Below the pieces are notes generated by a model that was given only the letters and a program-made list of their open reading frames with translations, had not been told where the DNA came from and made no database searches. This document shows positions 29,655 to 40,325 of a stretch of DNA of 64,000 nt, in pieces; position 1 is the stretch's first letter, and the number at the start of each line of letters is the position of its first letter. Position numbers and translations under genes: made by a program. The DNA comes from Pseudomonadota bacterium (GTDB lineage Bacteria; Desulfobacterota; Desulfobacteria; Desulfobacterales; RPRI01): assembly GCA_043825875.1 (NCBI GenBank), contig JBDRRF010000057.1, positions 24,240 through 88,239 on the forward strand, written 5' to 3'.

Positions 29655-30470
29655 TCAAATTTCTTTTCGATTAAAAAAAACCAGCGTTAGCGCCATTATT
29701 AAAAGAATAAAAAAGGAAATATTGAAAAGCGGGTGCAAAGGCCCCATATTATGAAATTCACTTTTGCCAAGTATTGAATCTGCATAAGACTGCACCATGA
29801 ATACTTTTGGATATAAAATCCGCCATAAAGCAAGTTCAGAACTTGCTGAGGAATTGGTGGCATATCTTACAATATCACTATTTAAAATCTGATACCCGCC
29901 ATCGGAAATAAAACCAACGAACAAAATGCCCATAGTAAAAAGCGCACTTATAAAATCAGGCATAAAAAGAGAAAGTAAGCAGACACATACAATCACAAAA
30001 AGAAGATTAACCGAACATATCAAAGATGCACCCAGATATCCCGTAATGAAGGTTCCTGTTTTTAACCATACAGTCAAAAAGATCGTTGAGTGAAGTATTA
30101 ACATGAAAATAAGACAAAGTACCCATGTGCCTGTTACCCTGCCAAGAACATATTGCCATCTGCAAACTGATCTTGAAAGAAACAAAACAACACTTCCATC
30201 TTCATGATCCCGGCTGAATATCTTCATTGATAACATGGAAACCATCAGAAACATTCCGGCGGTAACCAGATGAAAAACAATTTTTGAAACATGCCAGGCA
30301 ACCGAAGCATTATCTACCTGTTCTCCATTAATCGTATATCCGCCGTCATAACATCCGCGGATCATCAGTATAAACATAACAGATAACCCCAGCAGTATAT
30401 AAAAGCTTTTATTCCTCAGCTGGTCCAGCATGGTATAGCCTATAATTTTTATTACATTATTCATTTTCAT
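29655..30470 (-). CDS. ABC-2-type permease
   Basis: About 6 TM helices; overlaps the ATPase. Confidence 0.8.
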   Translation of the reverse strand: MKMNNVIKIIGYTMLDQLRNKSFYILLGLSVMFILMIRGCYDGGYTINGEQVDNASVAWHVSKIVFHLVTAGMFLMVSMLSMKIFSRDHEDGSVVLFLSRSVCRWQYVLGRVTGTWVLCLIFMLILHSTIFLTVWLKTGTFITGYLGASLICSVNLLFVIVCVCLLSLFMPDFISALFTMGILFVGFISDGGYQILNSDIVRYATNSSASSELALWRILYPKVFMVQSYADSILGKSEFHNMGPLHPLFNISFFILLIMALTLVFFNRKEI

Positions 30471-31170
30471 GCTCTATGTATCGAATAAAAACATCTTCGA
30501 GTGTTTCGTGATCTTTCACGATTGCATTGATGTTATCCTTGACAAGTATTTTTCCCTTGTACATTATAGCCGCAGTATCACATGTTTTTTCCACTTCTGA
30601 AAGCAGGTGGGAGTTTAATACCACGGTCACCCCTTTGCCGAGAAGATTTTCAACAATTTTTCTTACATCGCGGATGCCGATAGGATCAAGCCCGGTGATG
30701 GGTTCATCCAATATCAGCAGTTTTGGCTCTCCCAGCATGGCAGCCCCCAGACCGACGCGCTGTTTCATGCCTCTTGAATATGCTGCTGTTTTTTTCCTTT
30801 CCTCTCCTTTCATGGAAACCATTTCAAGAACCCTGTTTGCTTCGTTTTTTGCGTCTTGCCCGGTCAGGCCGATTAAAGCAGCATTACGCAACAGATATTC
30901 AAGCCCTGAAAGATACGGAGGAATCATATGCTGTTCGGCAACATATCCAATATGCTTGCGGACTTCCGGGTCGGAGGCAGACAGTCCGTTTATAGTAATA
31001 CTTCCTGAAGATGGTTTGATAAAATCAAGAAGCATACGAACGATGCTTGTCTTCCCAGCGCCGTTTGGCCCAAGCAAAGCAAAAGACTCTCCCTTTTTAA
31101 TCGAATATGAAACATTATCGACCGCAGTAAAGGAACCAAATTTTTTTGTAACGGAATCAAGTGTGATCAT
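30457..31170 (-). CDS. ABC ATP-binding protein
   Basis: GPNGAGKT, YSRGMKQR, LDEP, NSH. Confidence 0.92.
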   Translation of the reverse strand: MITLDSVTKKFGSFTAVDNVSYSIKKGESFALLGPNGAGKTSIVRMLLDFIKPSSGSITINGLSASDPEVRKHIGYVAEQHMIPPYLSGLEYLLRNAALIGLTGQDAKNEANRVLEMVSMKGEERKKTAAYSRGMKQRVGLGAAMLGEPKLLILDEPITGLDPIGIRDVRKIVENLLGKGVTVVLNSHLLSEVEKTCDTAAIMYKGKILVKDNINAIVKDHETLEDVFIRYIEHENE

Positions 31171-31469
31171 ATCAACTCAATTGTAAAATAGTTTAGGACA
31201 ACCGCTCAGGTTGTCCAGGTAATATCTATATATAAAAATGCTTTTAGCACCCTTTATCTGCCAGCGCAAGGGGCTTGGGGGAATGATAGTTATTTGTACC
31301 CTAAAACCTCGATAATGAGATTGTCGAAAAACCACTTTACAGCTCGGATATGTCTTCTTCAAAGTGAATTTACTCATTTGCTTATATGCCCGAATGTTCC
31401 AGAAAAACAGCTCAACAATACCCAAGCGTTTACTATAGGGATGGCGACCATCAGCAGTGCCGATCTTGT

Positions 31470-33398
31470 TTATTCTATTGTCCTTGCAAGTCGGAATCCA
31501 ACGTCGGCTATGCCGTGATAAATTTCTTTATTGCGCCTGTTCGCGGATCCCACCGTTTTGTTTCTCCAAGAACCGCCCCTGATCATCCGGGAACGACAAT
31601 TTCCTGTTGTCCATGCGCTTCCGTCTGTCGGCGCCCACCTATAGTCAGGGTTATCGCAATCCTCCAGCCACTGCCAGACATTCCCAGCCATGTCATATAG
31701 GCCGAATGCGTTTGGTGCAAAGCTGCCTACAGGGGATTTTGATTTGTCGTCCCACCGGCTTCCACAGATAGTGCAGTTAGCGTGACCTGAGCCGATTTCA
31801 TCTCCCCAGTAAAACTTCGTAGTTGTTCCAGCTCTTGCCGCATACTCCCACTCGGCTTCGCTTGGCAGTCGATACTGCTTTCCCGTCTTCTTGTTAACCC
31901 ATGTGATATAATCCTGCATTTCCTCCCAGTCCATCGAAGTTGCCGGCAGATCGCGCCCGGTCCATCGATCAGCGTGCCAAGTGTTTCTATCGCACCCACC
32001 ATCCTCAACACAGGATTCCCACTGATCATATGTAACAGGGTATTTACCGATCTCAAATTGCTTGATATCAACCCAGTGCTGAGGTTGTGCACATCTGCAG
32101 AAGCCGCAGTGTGGATCGCAAGGGTCGGGTGAGCCCATAAGAAATCGCCCTGCTGGAATTTTCACCATTTGGCCTGTGGCCAAGCGGCTAAGCTGTTCCT
32201 GCCATGCCTCTATCTTATCTCGCGCGTTCCTTCCTGTAGGGGGGGTATCTCCCGCAATTGCTTGGACACGCCGCATGTCATGAATTGCAGCCCCGTATTG
32301 GTTGACGACCGCAAGGGCGAGCCCTCGTTGGTAGTTTGCCTCGGCCCACCAAGGTGCAATTTCGATAGCCTTATCGAATAGATCAACAGCTGATCTGCTG
32401 TTTTTATCTTTGTAAGCTTCAATTCCTCGTGCCATGAACTGCCTTGCTTCGTTTGGAATCTCCAGTTCGGCTGGTTGCTTTCCCTCCCGCTTGACCATGT
32501 GATCTGCTGTTGTAAGCTCGGTAAGGTTGCACTCGTTGTTTAGGTTGAAGCTCTTGCCATCCGTGATCAGGTAATAACCTGACCATACTGACGATGAGAG
32601 GGTACACACCTTTCCACTTGGAGGAAAGATGAATGGGTACAGGGAACGACCACGCTCAAGCCGGTACACTCCGCGCTTCATCGATAAATACTTGTCGCCA
32701 AACGAGTAAGTGAGCCAACCCTCTGCAAAGTAATCATCAATGCCATCAAAGTTGATATCGACGGCAATTACCTTCTGGAAGAATCTCTTGGGAAGGCCGG
32801 GAATGAATATCTCTATTGTCCGATACATCTCATCGATACGTTTCTCGTTGTATGCCTTACCTACCTTCTTACCTTCGACAATCCAGGCTCGCTTCTGATC
32901 CGGGTAGACGATGCATACATTCTTCTCGAAATTCGAGAGCACCAGTTCTCTTATGGGATAGAGATCGATGCGCTTCGTCTTAAAACGGATCGACAGAGCA
33001 TGGTCTTCGAAGACCTTTCCGTTTTTCACTGCAGCGAAAAGGTCCTTTAGCTTGTCTTTTCGCCAGTACTGATAGACGTCATAGTTGAATCCAGGTATAT
33101 CAAGTGATACCAGAGCCCAGATTTTCTTCTTCTTTCCCTCAGACCAAGTTTCGTAACAGCTGTAGCCGATCTTCTTATCCGGATCGATCCACTCTACGTT
33201 TAAGTAGGCCTCGCACATTGGAAATTTTTCTTTCCACGCCTGAGGCGGATCATCTATGAAACCCCTATTTGTAGCACTCGGGGTATCAGCGTTGCTTGAT
33301 GCTGCAAAGGTTAAGGATTGCATACCCATCAGTATAATAACCGCAATGAGAACGAGTACCGTATATAGATCGAGAGAAAGGTGTCGAATGTTTGCCAT
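31470..33398 (-). CDS. Exported protein: unknown N-domain, TPR, FGE-sulfatase domain
   Basis: Signal peptide; TPR; RLPSEAEWEYAAR, NAFGLYDMAGNVWQW, RGGSW, GFRLAR. Confidence 0.85.
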   Translation of the reverse strand: MANIRHLSLDLYTVLVLIAVIILMGMQSLTFAASSNADTPSATNRGFIDDPPQAWKEKFPMCEAYLNVEWIDPDKKIGYSCYETWSEGKKKKIWALVSLDIPGFNYDVYQYWRKDKLKDLFAAVKNGKVFEDHALSIRFKTKRIDLYPIRELVLSNFEKNVCIVYPDQKRAWIVEGKKVGKAYNEKRIDEMYRTIEIFIPGLPKRFFQKVIAVDINFDGIDDYFAEGWLTYSFGDKYLSMKRGVYRLERGRSLYPFIFPPSGKVCTLSSSVWSGYYLITDGKSFNLNNECNLTELTTADHMVKREGKQPAELEIPNEARQFMARGIEAYKDKNSRSAVDLFDKAIEIAPWWAEANYQRGLALAVVNQYGAAIHDMRRVQAIAGDTPPTGRNARDKIEAWQEQLSRLATGQMVKIPAGRFLMGSPDPCDPHCGFCRCAQPQHWVDIKQFEIGKYPVTYDQWESCVEDGGCDRNTWHADRWTGRDLPATSMDWEEMQDYITWVNKKTGKQYRLPSEAEWEYAARAGTTTKFYWGDEIGSGHANCTICGSRWDDKSKSPVGSFAPNAFGLYDMAGNVWQWLEDCDNPDYRWAPTDGSAWTTGNCRSRMIRGGSWRNKTVGSANRRNKEIYHGIADVGFRLARTIE

Positions 33399-33865
33399 AA
33401 TCTAACCAAATACCTGTATGTTCAATGCATTATTTATGATGTTTACCTAGTCGTTATACAGTTCAGGATAATAAAAAATTATTTTTACTCCCCTAAACAA
33501 TCAGCAATCAATTAAATTTATTTGAGATTATATAATCTTTTGAGGGGTTTTTTGCAATAATATATTTTATTTCCAATTATAGCATTGAAATTATCTCTAC
33601 ATTTAAAAAGAGATTTCTATATGCTGTGTATCAATTCTCTATAGTGGTCGGCTTCTGTCGGTATTACGATCTGTGGACTTTTTGCAAAACCGTCATTATT
33701 GATTTGTTTGTAACCAGTTCGTTATTTATTACAATATTGAAATTACTTTCATATATTAATGCACATAATTGTAATTTTATTTATCCGGTTTTTAGCTGCA
33801 ATTCTTAGATAATAATAGCATAACTGCTTATTATCACAATGTCATACTATTCATAAAGCATGACA

Positions 33866-33881
33866 TGGTATATTCCTTGCT
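33866..33881 (+). promoter_or_regulatory. Sigma-54 promoter of amtB
   Basis: TGGTATATTCCTTGCT (GG-N10-GC). Confidence 0.7.
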
Positions 33882-33948
33882 CTTAATTTTGGTTTACAAT
33901 TTTTTTGTACCTTTTATAAAACAAAATGTAACGATAGGAATAATACTT

Positions 33949-35277
33949 ATGAAGAATAAATCTTTACTTACCGCTGTTGTTTCCGTTTTTTTTGCGTTAA
34001 CTCCACAAATTATTCTTGCAGCTGAAAATACGCCTGTGGATACAGGCACTACCTCATGGATGCTTACTTCAACCGCATTTGTGCTTTTGATGGTTCCCGG
34101 CCTTGCCATGTTTTACGGGGGGCTTGTTAGAACAAAAAACGTGCTTAGCACCATGATGCTCAGCTTTGTATCAATGGCTGTTATCGGTGTTCTCTGGGTA
34201 GTATGCGGCTACAGCATTGCATTCGGCCCAAATATTCTTGGCGGTTTTGCCGGATGGAGCAATGATTATTTCTTTCTAAAAGGCATTGATGATGTAATTG
34301 TAAATGGAGTACCGGAATATGTGCTTGCTATGTTTCAGGGCAAGTTTGCGATCATTGCTCCGGCTTTAATCAGCGGAGCGCTGGTGGAACGCGTTTACTT
34401 TCGCGGCTATATCACCTTTATAATACTTTGGATGCTTTTTATTTACTGCCCGTTGTGCCACTGGGTATGGGCTACAGACGGCTGGCTTTATAATGCAGGA
34501 GCAAGCGGTGTTATTGATCTTGCGGGAGGACTTGTAATTCATGTATCCGCAGGATTCAGCGCACTTGTTGTAGCGATATTTCTGGGCCCCAGGATTGGTT
34601 ATCCCAAAACTCCGATGGCCCCCAATAATCTGGTAATGACTTTGACAGGAGCCGGTCTTTTATGGGTAGGCTGGTTTGGATTCAATGCCGGTTCGACAGT
34701 ACACAGCGGTCTGGATACTGCCCGGGCGCTGACCATGACACAGGTTTCGGCCGCAAGCGGTGCTCTGACCTGGCTCATTATAGAATACTTTAAGTTCCGC
34801 AAGGCTACAGCACTTGGATTTGCTTCAGGCATACTTGCAGGGCTTGTTGCAATAACTCCTGCTGCAGGCGTGGTAATGCCATATGGCGCTATTATATTAG
34901 GAGCCCTGTCATCAGTTATATGTTTTTATGCTCTTAACGTTAAAGTGAAGTTAGGATATGACGATAGTCTGGATTGTTTTGGAATACACGGTGTGGGAAG
35001 CGGTCTGGGAGTGATTATGCTTTCCTTTTTTATCCGTGACAGCTGGATGCAAAGCGCTTCTGCTGCCGCCCATAAAGTCTGGACTATCTGGGATCAGCTT
35101 TCAATTCAGTTGATAGGCATCGGCGCTACAATATTGTTTGCGGTAGTCAGCACCCTGGTAATTTGTTTTCTTGTTGAAAAAACTGTTGGCTTCAGGATTG
35201 CTGCTGATTTAGAGGCTATAGGGCTTGACCAGTCCATCCACGGTGAACATGGATATGGTTCCATGCAGGAATACTAG
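33949..35277 (+). CDS. amtB: Ammonium transporter
   Basis: FYGGLV, DLAGGLVIH, LWVGWFGFNAGS, DDSLDCFGIHG; start moved downstream of the sigma-54 site. Confidence 0.95.
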   Translation: MKNKSLLTAVVSVFFALTPQIILAAENTPVDTGTTSWMLTSTAFVLLMVPGLAMFYGGLVRTKNVLSTMMLSFVSMAVIGVLWVVCGYSIAFGPNILGGFAGWSNDYFFLKGIDDVIVNGVPEYVLAMFQGKFAIIAPALISGALVERVYFRGYITFIILWMLFIYCPLCHWVWATDGWLYNAGASGVIDLAGGLVIHVSAGFSALVVAIFLGPRIGYPKTPMAPNNLVMTLTGAGLLWVGWFGFNAGSTVHSGLDTARALTMTQVSAASGALTWLIIEYFKFRKATALGFASGILAGLVAITPAAGVVMPYGAIILGALSSVICFYALNVKVKLGYDDSLDCFGIHGVGSGLGVIMLSFFIRDSWMQSASAAAHKVWTIWDQLSIQLIGIGATILFAVVSTLVICFLVEKTVGFRIAADLEAIGLDQSIHGEHGYGSMQEY

Positions 35278-35283
35278 GAAAGA

Positions 35284-35357
35284 AGGGTTCGAGTGAAATG
35301 CTTAAAGCATTATAAAGCCATCACTTGAACCCTGGAATCCTCGAATCCTTGAACCCT
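35284..35357. repeat. Octamer-repeat hairpin of the 14154 family
   Basis: AGGGTTCGAGTG...CACTTGAACC CTGGAATC CTCGAATC CTTGAACCCT. Confidence 0.7.
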
Positions 35358-35366
35358 TTTTGGGAT

Positions 35367-36269
35367 TTATTCCAAACCAAGATCAAAAAGACTGTTGGCA
35401 TTTTTCCAGAAAATGTTTTCAAGCTGTTCTTTTGTAATTTTGCCTGTTTCATGTAATTTTACAAATTTTTCTATTTCATATTTCTGAAACTGCCAGGGGG
35501 TATCGGTACCAAAAAGTAATTTGTCCTGATTATGATTATTTAACATATAAAGAAAATTTTCAAGACTTACATCATGATCATTTCGCGGCCAGTCGCAATT
35601 ATAGTAACTGCTGGACAGTTCTATATATATACCGCTGTCGATTAAATTCCTGCGCTCAAAATCATAAATAAAAAGCCCGCCGCCGTGAGCGGCAATAATT
35701 TCTAAATTGGGCAAAATATCATGCAGCTTAAGCAATTTACTGGGATTGGCATAATATTCCGGCAAATCATCATTAGTAAGATGTTTTGGAGGTACTCTGG
35801 AAGTATCAAATATTACGGGAAAACCCATATCAGCAATTTTTTTGAAAAACTCTAAAGACTGGCGTGAAGTAATATTAAAGCGCTGAAAGACACTATGGAG
35901 CTTTATCATCCTGGCATTTTTTGATTTAAGATCAGCCAGTATTTCATCAAGGCGCGGATGGTTCGGGTGCAAATTTCCACAAAATACGGCCCGTTCGTCT
36001 CTTTTGCTTTCATTGTAGTAAAAATCATTGATACGTTCTATTTTTCTCGGATCTTTTACTACAGGTAGAATAAAGTATTTTGCTATGCCATTTTCATCAG
36101 CAGATTTTGAAAGGTCGTCCAAAGTACCGTCCGCACCACGCCTGAAATTCAACTCGGTTGCAAAATCTATGGAAAAGGTGTCTTCAATATATTTTTCACG
36201 GTATTCCTCTTCAAAGATGTGGGTATGAGTATCTATAATATGTTTGGGTCTAACACTGTAATCACTCAA
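35367..36269 (-). CDS. Amidohydrolase_2-family protein
   Basis: IDTHTH, IKLH, AAHGGG, LFGTDTPW, FWKNA. Confidence 0.85.
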   Translation of the reverse strand: MSDYSVRPKHIIDTHTHIFEEEYREKYIEDTFSIDFATELNFRRGADGTLDDLSKSADENGIAKYFILPVVKDPRKIERINDFYYNESKRDERAVFCGNLHPNHPRLDEILADLKSKNARMIKLHSVFQRFNITSRQSLEFFKKIADMGFPVIFDTSRVPPKHLTNDDLPEYYANPSKLLKLHDILPNLEIIAAHGGGLFIYDFERRNLIDSGIYIELSSSYYNCDWPRNDHDVSLENFLYMLNNHNQDKLLFGTDTPWQFQKYEIEKFVKLHETGKITKEQLENIFWKNANSLFDLGLE

Positions 36270-36299
36270 TTAACTTTCTCCTGAAACAACAATATTTTT

Positions 36300-36442
36300 G
36301 AGCCACTTCCAAAATGTTTCAGCCTGGTCAAGCTCAAGGCGGGAGATAATTTCAACCACAGAAATACATTTAGTATTTCGAGGATTGAAATTTGAACCCA
36401 ACGCTTAAGATCGGCCAAAATGGGGCGTTTTGAAACTGGCTC
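36300..36442 (+). mobile_element. MITE copy 1 (diverged), TSD TTTT
   Basis: TIRs GAGCCACTTCCAAAATG / CGTTTTGAAACTGGCTC. Confidence 0.85.
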
Positions 36443-36444
36443 TT

Positions 36445-36546
36445 TTATTTATCTTTTTTCTTATCCTTTTTCTCCTGCTTTTTTTCCTTTAAGCTTTTAG
36501 CTGGTTTCTTTTTGTCTTCTTTTTTTTTATCCATTCCTTTTCCCAT
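36445..36546 (-). CDS. 33-aa Lys-rich peptide MGKGMDKKKEDKKKPAKSLKEKKQEKKDKKKDK
   Basis: Hand-translated; AAGGAGG RBS; absent from the ORF track. Confidence 0.65.
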   Translation of the reverse strand: MGKGMDKKKEDKKKPAKSLKEKKQEKKDKKKDK

Positions 36547-36627
36547 GTTTACCCTCCTTTTTCGTCATATCCTGTTTTAAACGATGTTTGCTCCTGATTT
36601 TTTCAACAACAAAAATTCAATGCAACT

Positions 36628-36769
36628 GAACCACTTTCAAAACGTTTCAGTTTGGTCAAGCTCAAGGCGGGCGAAAATTTTAACCACAGGAATACATTGA
36701 GTATTTCGAGGATTGAAATTTGAGCCCAACGAAGAGATCGGCCAAAATGGGGCGTTTTGAAACTGGCTC
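36628..36769 (+). mobile_element. MITE copy 2, TSD AACT
   Basis: 142 bp, same TIRs, AACT on both sides. Confidence 0.88.
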
Positions 36770-36967
36770 AACTGTTTTTATCTCAAACATTAATGCCCTT
36801 AAAATAAAAAAATACTGGAAATAGCAATAAAATCTTTTGTATATTATTCCATCCGAATTTTCAAATGAATTTGCATTTTACCTCTTTGACCTTTATATGA
36901 TTTTTTGTTAGTTGTATACATACTAATAATGATGTTTACGAAAAATCATTACAGGAGAAAATAGCAT

Positions 36968-37837
36968 ATGAACTATGAAGGAAATATTATAAGGCCGCCA
37001 AGCGAGGCAAACAGTATCCTGATTCAGGTTACGGTGGGATGCTCCAGAAATAAATGCACTTTTTGCGGCACTTATATGGGAGAGCGTTTTAAAATAAAAC
37101 CCGATTCCATTATTATGGAGGATATAGCTTTTGCGGCAAAATACTGCAAACGCCAGCTGCGTGTTTTTCTGTGCGATGGGGATGTTCTTATAATACCGCA
37201 GAAAAGACTTGTTAAAATCCTTACCGAAATAAAAAAGCAGCTTCCCTGGGTTGTAAGGGTCGGCTCATATGCCAATGCCAAAAGCCTTAATTCAAAAACC
37301 CTTGATCAGCTTAAGGAACTCAAAGCTCTCGGTTTAAGCATTGTATATATGGGGCTTGAATCAGGTGATGATGTTACTCTGGAAAATATTAAAAAGGGTG
37401 CCTCTTCAGAACATATGATAGAAATGGGCAAAAAAGCCAAAGAGGCCGGATTTAAAATTTCAATTACAGTTCTTCTTGGAATAGCAGGAAGAGAGCGCTC
37501 TATTATTCACGCAAAAGAAACCGGAAGAGTGCTTTCTGCAATCAGCCCGGAATATATGGGAGCATTGAGTCTTATGCTGATACCCGGAACTCCTTTGCAT
37601 GACGATTATGAATCCGGTAAATTTGAGCTTATTACTCCGCTTGAAATGTTAAAAGAACTGCGGGCAATGATAGAGGCCACAAATGTTTCAAAAGGCCAGT
37701 TCCATGCCAATCATGCTTCAAACTATCTGTCGATAAGAGCAAGGTTGCCAAGAGATAAGGAATCTACATTAGCACAGATCGATAAGGCTCTTTCCGGCAA
37801 AATTTCATTAAGACCTGAATATCTTAGGGCAATGTAA
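36968..37837 (+). CDS. Radical SAM protein
   Basis: IRPPSEA, CSRNKCTFC, HANHASNY. Confidence 0.9.
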   Translation: MNYEGNIIRPPSEANSILIQVTVGCSRNKCTFCGTYMGERFKIKPDSIIMEDIAFAAKYCKRQLRVFLCDGDVLIIPQKRLVKILTEIKKQLPWVVRVGSYANAKSLNSKTLDQLKELKALGLSIVYMGLESGDDVTLENIKKGASSEHMIEMGKKAKEAGFKISITVLLGIAGRERSIIHAKETGRVLSAISPEYMGALSLMLIPGTPLHDDYESGKFELITPLEMLKELRAMIEATNVSKGQFHANHASNYLSIRARLPRDKESTLAQIDKALSGKISLRPEYLRAM

Positions 37838-37995
37838 AATACATATAAAGGGAAGCTGCTAACTTCCTGGTAATTAAATTGATTTTATCAGACTTCAATA
37901 AATCCTTGCGTATGTTTTAAAACAGGTATAACAAATTCCTTCAAAATTATATAAATCGACTTTAAAATAAGATGGATTTGCAAAAAGACATAATT

Positions 37996-38122
37996 GAAAC
38001 GGCTTCGTAAAAGCTTCATATGCAAGGCGCGCAATTCTTGAGGAATGAAGCGTACTTATTCGTACGCTGCAATGACGAAAGAAAAAGCGCAACACAGCAG
38101 AGGAAGTTTTTACAAAACCGTC
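37996..38122. repeat. Second MITE/REP-like family element
   Basis: Imperfect inverted ends ACGGCTTCGTAAAAGCTTC / GAAGTTTTTACAAAACCGT, internal GCGTAC..GTACGC hairpin; related half-sites near 37971 and 33675. Confidence 0.7.
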
Positions 38123-38138
38123 AATAAGGAGAAAAAAC

Positions 38139-40160
38139 ATGGGTAATGATACGCCTGAAAACCAAAAGAATATAGATCAACTTTGTATAAACACTATACG
38201 GGCACTTGCAATGGATGCAATTCAGAAGGCCAATTCCGGGCATCCGGGTGCTCCTATGGGCCTTGCGCCTTTAGCTTATACGCTCTGGACTCGCATATTA
38301 AAACATAATCCGGCAAATCCTGCATGGTTCAACAGAGACAGGTTTATACTTTCCGGCGGGCATGCATCCATGCTTCTTTACAGCATGTTGTATCTGACAG
38401 GCTATGACCTTTCACTCGATGACATTAAAAATTTCAGGCAATGGCAAAGTAAAACTCCCGGGCATCCTGAATACGGGCATACACCCGGAGTTGAGACGAC
38501 CACAGGACCTCTGGGCCAGGGATTTGCCAATGCAGTTGGCATGGCAATGGCAGAAAGACACATTGCAGCCTGTTATAACACCCAAGAGAGTGAAATCATA
38601 GATCACCACACATTTGTGGTTTGCGGCGACGGGGATCTCATGGAAGGAATCACTTCTGAAGCCGCTTCTATTGCAGGACATCTCGGCCTTTCAAAACTCA
38701 TATGCATTTATGATGACAATAAGATATCGATAGAAGGAACAACAGCTATCGCATTCACCGAAGACGTAGGCGCAAGATTCAAAGCCTATAACTGGCATGT
38801 ACAAAAAGTTGAAGACGGAAATGATGTTGATGCAATCTTAAAAGCTCTTAAAAAAGCAAAAGCCGAGAAAAATAAACCTTCTTTAATAATGCTGCGTACC
38901 CACATAGCTTATGGTAGCCCAAACAAGCAGGATACTCCCGATGCTCATGGAGCACCTTTGGGCGAAGAAGAAATCAAGCTTACAAAGAAAAACCTGGGTT
39001 GTCCCGATGATACCCCTTTTTGCGTAACTGATCAGGCACTTGAGTTTTGCCGTAAATGTATTGATAAAGGTAAAAAAGCCGAGAAAAAATGGCAAAGACA
39101 ATTCAAATCATATGAAAATGATTCTCCCGATCTTGCAGCCGGATTAAAGGATGCGATAAACGGCAATTTACCCGAAGGCTGGGAAAGCGGACTTCCTTCT
39201 TTTTCAAGTACGGATAAGGCAATTGCTACCAGATCGGCATCAGGCAAGGTCTTAAACGCAATTGCCCAGAAAGTAACTAATCTTATTGGAGGATCAGCAG
39301 ACCTGGCCCCTTCAAACAATACTATTATAAAAGAATCATTTGACTTCCAAAAAGGCAGCTATGATGGCCGTAACATTCGTTTCGGGGTTAGAGAACATGC
39401 AATGGGCGCTATACTTTCCGGTTTGGCTCTTCACGGAGGAATAAAGCCGTTTGGCGGAACCTTTCTCGTATTTTCCGATTATATGCGCCCATCAATTCGC
39501 CTTGCAGCTTTGATGAAAATACCGGTAATATATGTATTTACCCACGACAGCATAGCTGTTGGAGAAGACGGCCCGACTCATCAGCCAGTCGAACATACTG
39601 CAAGCTTACGCGCTATTTCCGGATTAACGGTTATCAGACCCTGTGACGCCAATGAAACAAAAGAGGCCTGGCGCTTTGCAATTAAAAACACACAAGGACC
39701 GGTTGCACTCATTCTTAGCCGCCAGAATCTTCCGATAATAGAAAGAACTGAATCCAATTCAGAAAGCCTTCTTGAAAACGGCGCATATGTTATTTACGAT
39801 TCAGGACAAAAGCCAACTATAGTACTTATTGCTACAGGCTCTGAAGTTCATATAGCAATTGAAGCGGCAAAAACCCTTGAGCAAAAAGGAATTCCGGCAA
39901 GAGTAATAAGCATGCCAAGCACAGAGCTTTTTGAAAATGCGAGCGAAGAATATAAAGAAAAAGTTCTTCCACAGGAAATTTCGAATCGAATCGTAGTTGA
40001 AGCAGGAATTACTATGGGTTGGGAGCGTTATGCCGGAGATAAGGGAGAAATAATAGGCATTACAGGATACGGAGCTTCAGCGCCCGGCGGCACACTGATG
40101 AAAAATTATGGTTTTACTACAGACAATATAGTACAAAGAGCTGAGAAAATACTAAAATAA
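38139..40160 (+). CDS. tkt: Transketolase
   Basis: [32 protein letters not shown]. Confidence 0.97.
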   Translation: MGNDTPENQKNIDQLCINTIRALAMDAIQKANSGHPGAPMGLAPLAYTLWTRILKHNPANPAWFNRDRFILSGGHASMLLYSMLYLTGYDLSLDDIKNFRQWQSKTPGHPEYGHTPGVETTTGPLGQGFANAVGMAMAERHIAACYNTQESEIIDHHTFVVCGDGDLMEGITSEAASIAGHLGLSKLICIYDDNKISIEGTTAIAFTEDVGARFKAYNWHVQKVEDGNDVDAILKALKKAKAEKNKPSLIMLRTHIAYGSPNKQDTPDAHGAPLGEEEIKLTKKNLGCPDDTPFCVTDQALEFCRKCIDKGKKAEKKWQRQFKSYENDSPDLAAGLKDAINGNLPEGWESGLPSFSSTDKAIATRSASGKVLNAIAQKVTNLIGGSADLAPSNNTIIKESFDFQKGSYDGRNIRFGVREHAMGAILSGLALHGGIKPFGGTFLVFSDYMRPSIRLAALMKIPVIYVFTHDSIAVGEDGPTHQPVEHTASLRAISGLTVIRPCDANETKEAWRFAIKNTQGPVALILSRQNLPIIERTESNSESLLENGAYVIYDSGQKPTIVLIATGSEVHIAIEAAKTLEQKGIPARVISMPSTELFENASEEYKEKVLPQEISNRIVVEAGITMGWERYAGDKGEIIGITGYGASAPGGTLMKNYGFTTDNIVQRAEKILK

Positions 40161-40161
40161 G

Positions 40162-40303
40162 CAGCCAGTTTCAAAACGCCCCAGTTTGGCCGATCTCTGC
40201 GTTGGGCTCAAATTTCAATCCTCGAAATACTCAATGTATTCCTGTGGTTAAAATTTTCGCCCGCCTTGAGCTTGACCAAACTGAAACGTTTTGAAAGTGG
40301 CTC
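40162..40303 (-). mobile_element. MITE copy 3 (inverted), TSD TAAG
   Basis: Near-exact reverse complement of copy 2; TAAG at 40158-61 and 40304-07. Confidence 0.88.
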
Positions 40304-40325
40304 TAAGAAATAAGGATATATCTTT

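Noticed and set aside
22054..33400. Integron integrase or attI
   Set aside because: No tyrosine recombinase ORF; GTTAGGT at 27396-27402 alone is too weak to call attI
33865..33948. N-terminal extension of AmtB
   Set aside because: Overlaps the sigma-54 promoter; ATG 33949 gives a normal signal peptide
36300..36769. Composite transposon of MITE 1 + peptide + MITE 2
   Set aside because: Each MITE has its own TSD and the outer flanks differ, so insertions were independent
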